DNA of 64,000 nucleotides from Diadema setosum (Eukaryota): NCBI RefSeq assembly GCF_964275005.1, contig NC_092698.1, positions 24,225,037 to 24,289,036 of the forward strand, read 5' to 3'. Shown piece by piece: positions 60,101 to 64,000 of this stretch (position 1 is its first letter; each line of letters starts with the position of its first letter). The notes under the pieces were generated by a model. It saw only the letters and a program-made list of their open reading frames with translations, ran no database searches and was not told where the DNA came from. The position numbers and the translations under genes were made by a program.

Positions 60101-63100
60101 GTCTCACTTGCTGCTGGCATGGAAGGCACTTCATCAATCATTAGGGTCTCACTCCCCGATGTGCTACAGCAATCATCAATACTTCCCTCAGGCAACTCTG
60201 CAGACTGTCTTGATTCTGACACTGTTGATTCAAGGATTGTTTTTGATTCCCTTGACTGTCCCATACAGATTGTACTGTGCAAAGGAGGCTCATCAGTTTC
60301 TATCGGTGTCAAGAGTGGTGCACTTGGATCCAGTTCATGTTCAACAATCTTCATGTTTTCTCGAGGAGACACAGATGTACTGACTTCAGATTCTTGCTGC
60401 CAAGGGGTGAGATTTGGTGGAGGAAGTGCTTCGTCTGCAGACAGAACCTGATGAAGTGCTTCGTCTGCAGACAGAACCTGATGGTGTGCTTCTTCCACAC
60501 ATACAGGGTCAGACACCATTGACTTCTCTGTTGCCTCTTGCCGCATGTCAATGTTTGTATCAGGCGCTACCATAGCATCAGTATGTTCAGTCATCTCTTG
60601 GTCTTCACTGCACTCATGGCTGTTTTCTGATAGCTGCAAAAGTTCTGTCCCAGACTGCATTTCATTGTCAGTATTGTTGTGCTGTTCCTCAACTCCTATG
60701 CTTGTCAAGCCTGCAACATCAGTATTACTGACAGGATGCTTTGACAACTGATTGGATGAGGAATCCAGCTCTTCATCTTGCCTATCTCCACTTTGATTAC
60801 TTTCATTCTCTATGGCAGTTTTTAACGTTTGGGGCTCGTCTTCAAAAACATCTGTTCCAGACTGCATTTCTTTGTCAACATCATTGTGCTGTTCCTCAAC
60901 TCCTAAGCTGGTCACACTTGCAACATAACTCTGACTAACAGGATGCTTTGACAATTGATTGGATGAGGAATCCAGATCTTCACCTTGCTCATCTTCAGTT
61001 TGATTACTCTCATTCTCTACTGCAGGTTTTGATGCCAGGGGCTCGTCTTCACAAATATCTGTCTCAGACCGAATTTCTTTGTCAACATCATTTATGTGTT
61101 CCTCAACTCTACTACTGGTCAAGCCTGAAGCCTCACTCTGACTGACAGGATAATTTGACACCTGACCAGATGAATAATCCAACTTTTCTACTTGCTCATC
61201 TCTATTTCGATCATTCTCACTTTCTGTTGCAGTTTCTGACACTTGAGGTTTGCTTTCACAAGTCTCTGTCCCAGATTGCATTTCTTCATCAGCATCATTG
61301 GGATGTTCAACTTCTGCGTGGGTTAAGAGTGCAACATCATTGTCACTAACCGGATGCTTTGACAGATTGGATGAGGAGTCACACTTTTCCCCTTGCTCAG
61401 CTCTGTCTACATCATTCTCATTTTCTGTTGCAGCATCTAATGCTTGAGGCTTATCTTCACAGATATCAATTTTATTGCCAATACTCTGTTCATCCACCTT
61501 TCTTGCCTCATCAGATATTTCAGAACCAAGTTGCATCTCCTCTTGTTGATCAGAAAGCACAGTTGTGTTTCCATGCTTTTCATCAATTCTTTCTCCAGAC
61601 CCAATTGCCTCAAAATCTGAGATTTCATTTTCAGAATTTTGATTATTTTCATTGTCCATGTCTTTCTTTGAAACATCCACTAATTGTGCAGATATTTCTT
61701 CTGGAGATAACTCCATCTCTTGCTCTGCATCCTCTCTTGTCATCATTTCAGATAATTCTGACCTGGGCAATGTTTTGCTCTGGTGCTCATAGCTTCTGGT
61801 GAATTGTGTGGTGATAAATTTACTGCTTTGCTTTACCCTCTCTTGACATTCACTGACCATTTCAGACACTGAACTAATACTCTCACAATGCTGAGCTGTA
61901 TTGTCTTGGTCCCTTTGAATTCTTTCCGCACCACTTTGGCTCAATACAGGTTCATGTACTGCTACTGCTGTTTCATCCAATGCACAATGTTCCAGCATTT
62001 CTGTATCATCATAAATGATTTCACTATCCCCAGGAGAGTCATTCTGAGTCTTTTTTGTTTCTGCTTCTAGCCGTGGTATTGTTACTTCATCAGGAGAGTC
62101 TTGAGGGGCCTCTTCTGGTGTTTTGTCCTGCAAGCCAGGAGTGCATTCCATTGGTTCATCAGCCAAAATTTCACAGGAAGGAGATGTTCCACCTCTTATC
62201 TCTGGAGCTAGGACAGGAGGATCGGGATGTAATCGTGACTCCACATCTCTGTCCCCTGCCGGGGCTGCTACGCTAGGCAAATCGGTGCACGTGTCATAAT
62301 TCATTGTTTTAACTTCCTCCATTGGCTTGTCTTCTGTAGAGGTCCTTTGGAGTTCTGAGGGTGGGCTGTTTGGGGTGCTTAAAACTCTGCATGTTGGCAT
62401 TTCTGGACATTTTTCATTTTCATTTCCTGCACTCCTTCCTGTGTGCGCTGACTCAGTTTTTTCTGTGCCATCTGATGTTCCTTCTGCAAATCCTGTATCA
62501 TCAGCTGCTGGACAGGATGGGCTCTGTTCCATCTCCTGTGACTCTCCCTCAGGTTTGTCTGGTGACTCTATCAATGATCCTGGGGCAAATTCATCCTTAT
62601 GCAATCTCCCATCTTGCATGTCCTTTTGCAGTTCTGGTGGAGTGGGAGTGGATGACGCACAACCAGGTGGAATGATTTCTGGTGAGCCAGTGACTTTGGA
62701 ACTGAGTGGCAGGCTATCCATTTTCTCTTGCAGTGGAATGTCTTCTTTTGATTCTTCACATATCTTGTCAGCACTGTGTGGAATGTCGGGGATTAAAGTA
62801 GGGGTGGCAGCTTCATTTTTCTCTGAGTCAATGTCCTTTGTTTCTTCCTCATCAATTTCTTTTTCAAAAGAGTTACGGCACATATTTTCTAATGCTGTGT
62901 CAGTCATATCCTTTTCACTGACTGAAACCTCCACCATATTCTGTTTACCTGGTGCAGAACTGCTAACCGCTGGTACCTCTTGAACTGATCTTTCCCCCAT
63001 TCCTTGACTCACATCGATGATACAATCATCCTTCCCTGACTCAGTCACTTCCATTTTTGCCATGTAACTTTCATCTACCTGTTTGCCACTTGTAGTATAT

Positions 63101-64000
63101 ACACTCGCACGATTACCAGCAGCTACCTCTGGGGCATGTTCTCTTCTGTTGTCAGGGCATTCTTCTATGTCCATGTTTTCACTTGCGACAAGATCAGTTT
63201 TCATTGTATTTTCCCCTGATTCTACAGTCTTTGGTCTTTCTACTTGTTCTTCTCCTTTCCAGGCCAGTGCAGTTTCAGACACGCTTTTATCTTTTTCTGG
63301 GATGGTATCATTAGCAATAACTGCAGTATCTGATCTTAATGGGTTTGCATTGAAAGATTTCTCATTTGTTGCATTAACGGCTACAATAGCTCCACTGCAT
63401 TGAATATCATGTTCACCACCATTTTCCACCCCTTGAGGTTTTGTAGCTTCCATCTCTATCAATGTATGTGGTTTATGATCACTCTGCAAGTCTGTCTCTG
63501 GCACAAGCAAGGCCTGCGATGGTCCTGCTTCATAAATGTTTGACTCACATGGTTTTTCAAGTGAGCTCATTAATCTCAAGCTTGGTAATTCTGAGCAAGG
63601 GCCAACATTCTCTGCTGCAAAAACATTTGCTCCAGCACTCATGTTTGTCGGTAAAACCAATGGTTCATGCGTCATATCACGGTTCTGGGGTGTTTCAAAA
63701 GATACTTCCTCATCACTTGCTTCTCTTCTACTTGGACATTCTGTGTGCTCTACGAGTTTATCGCTCTTTCCTCCATTGGCCTGAGAAGAATGTATTGTCT
63801 GAGTTGTGTATGAAGTAGCACCACTTGCTTTCTCTGCTGAACTGCACTCCCCATCAAAGTTTGGGTCATGCAGCACTCTTTCTTTATCTGAGTTGTTTAT
63901 GCTTTGAATCTTGTCCATCACTATCTTACAAGTATCAACACTCCTGGCAGACGATATGCTTTCTGCCAATCCATCATCACCAGGCTGCAAGTTCTCGACA
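57156..64000 (-). CDS. Giant exon (at least 6.8 kb; the 5' end runs past the window edge) of a large, acidic, Ser/Glu/Asp-rich C2H2 zinc-finger protein. It contains 69-aa tandem coding repeats.
   Basis: The 2305-codon ORF runs to the window edge. It has C-terminal C2H2 fingers (CTMCMKQFEDEKSMQEHFASTH, CSICKVNF…HEAEH, FLCLVCGRTYKQKAHLVRHYQSH, FPCTLCGKEFLDTKLLENHKKIHTG). On the - strand the exon ends in a perfect donor ATACGG|gtaagt (+ coordinates 57150-57155). Confidence 0.65.
60590..61470 (-). repeat. In-frame ~207-bp (69-aa) tandem coding repeats (~4.5 copies) inside the giant exon. A perfect 33-bp tandem duplication lies at 60420-60490.
   Basis: The peptide block …DSSSNQLSKHPVS…VEEQHND(V/T)D(K/N)EMQSGT… recurs. 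The DNA ctgatg(a/g)(a/t)gtgcttcgtctgcagacagaac occurs twice in tandem. Confidence 0.8.

Noticed and set aside
57103-63818. Numerous + strand ORFs (60-218 aa) across 57.1-63.8 kb
   Set aside because: They are antisense to the giant - strand coding exon. The Ser- and Leu-rich frames stay open because of its biased composition.

Overview
This is a eukaryotic (invertebrate metazoan-type) genomic window, rich in repeats. Coordinates are read by hand and approximate to a few bp. Three things dominate it.

1. Host gene on the + strand, 720-23,916. It is the 3' portion of a multi-exon gene for an armadillo/HEAT-repeat protein. I call 17 GC-rich exons with consensus splice sites. The codon phases close exactly across all introns, and the CDS ends at TGA 23,914-23,916. 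One intron carries an antisense L2/CR1-like LINE with an intact 1101-aa EN-RT ORF (9,103-12,408, - strand). The introns also hold many MITEs: TA-flanked Tc1-like elements, a TTAA-flanked piggyBac-like element, and a family of TTAAAGGG-terminated foldback elements.

2. A BEL/Pao-like LTR-retrotransposon body on the - strand, ~25,883-46,770. Gag, protease, RT, RNase H and the integrase zinc-finger region are all recognisable. Its pol gene is split by a 16.6-kb, almost perfectly homogeneous array of ~62 copies of a 268-bp monomer.
- Each monomer carries a tRNA-like module with a tRNA-Glu-type D-arm (box A TGGTCTAGTGG), box B GGTTCGAATCC, and a downstream T7 run.
- The array is a giant inverted repeat. 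About 36.6 monomers (28,106-37,921) face about 25.4 monomers (37,922-44,733), and the two arms join through a small hairpin-type junction.
- The whole array is flanked by a 12-bp direct repeat, CGACATCTCCTT. This looks like a foldback-transposon-like insertion, or an expanded SINE-derived satellite.
- The retroelement region itself is bracketed by ~95%-identical 100-bp inverted repeats at 25,995-26,100 and 46,775-46,900.

3. A second host gene on the - strand. A giant 3'-terminal-region exon (57,156 to beyond 64,000) and a final exon (55,521-55,804) encode a very acidic, Ser/Glu/Asp-rich protein. It has internal 69-aa tandem repeats and a C-terminal C2H2 zinc-finger cluster.

Smaller observations:
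- The 3' ends of two exons, with their splice donors, are tandemly duplicated into the following introns.
- There is a tRNA-Ala-like pseudogene at 22,060-22,131.
- A degenerate TTAGGG-like telomeric tract sits at 52,273-52,348.
- Several microsatellites are present.

The short ORFs in the track, including every copy of the identical 64-aa ORF inside the array, are judged non-coding.
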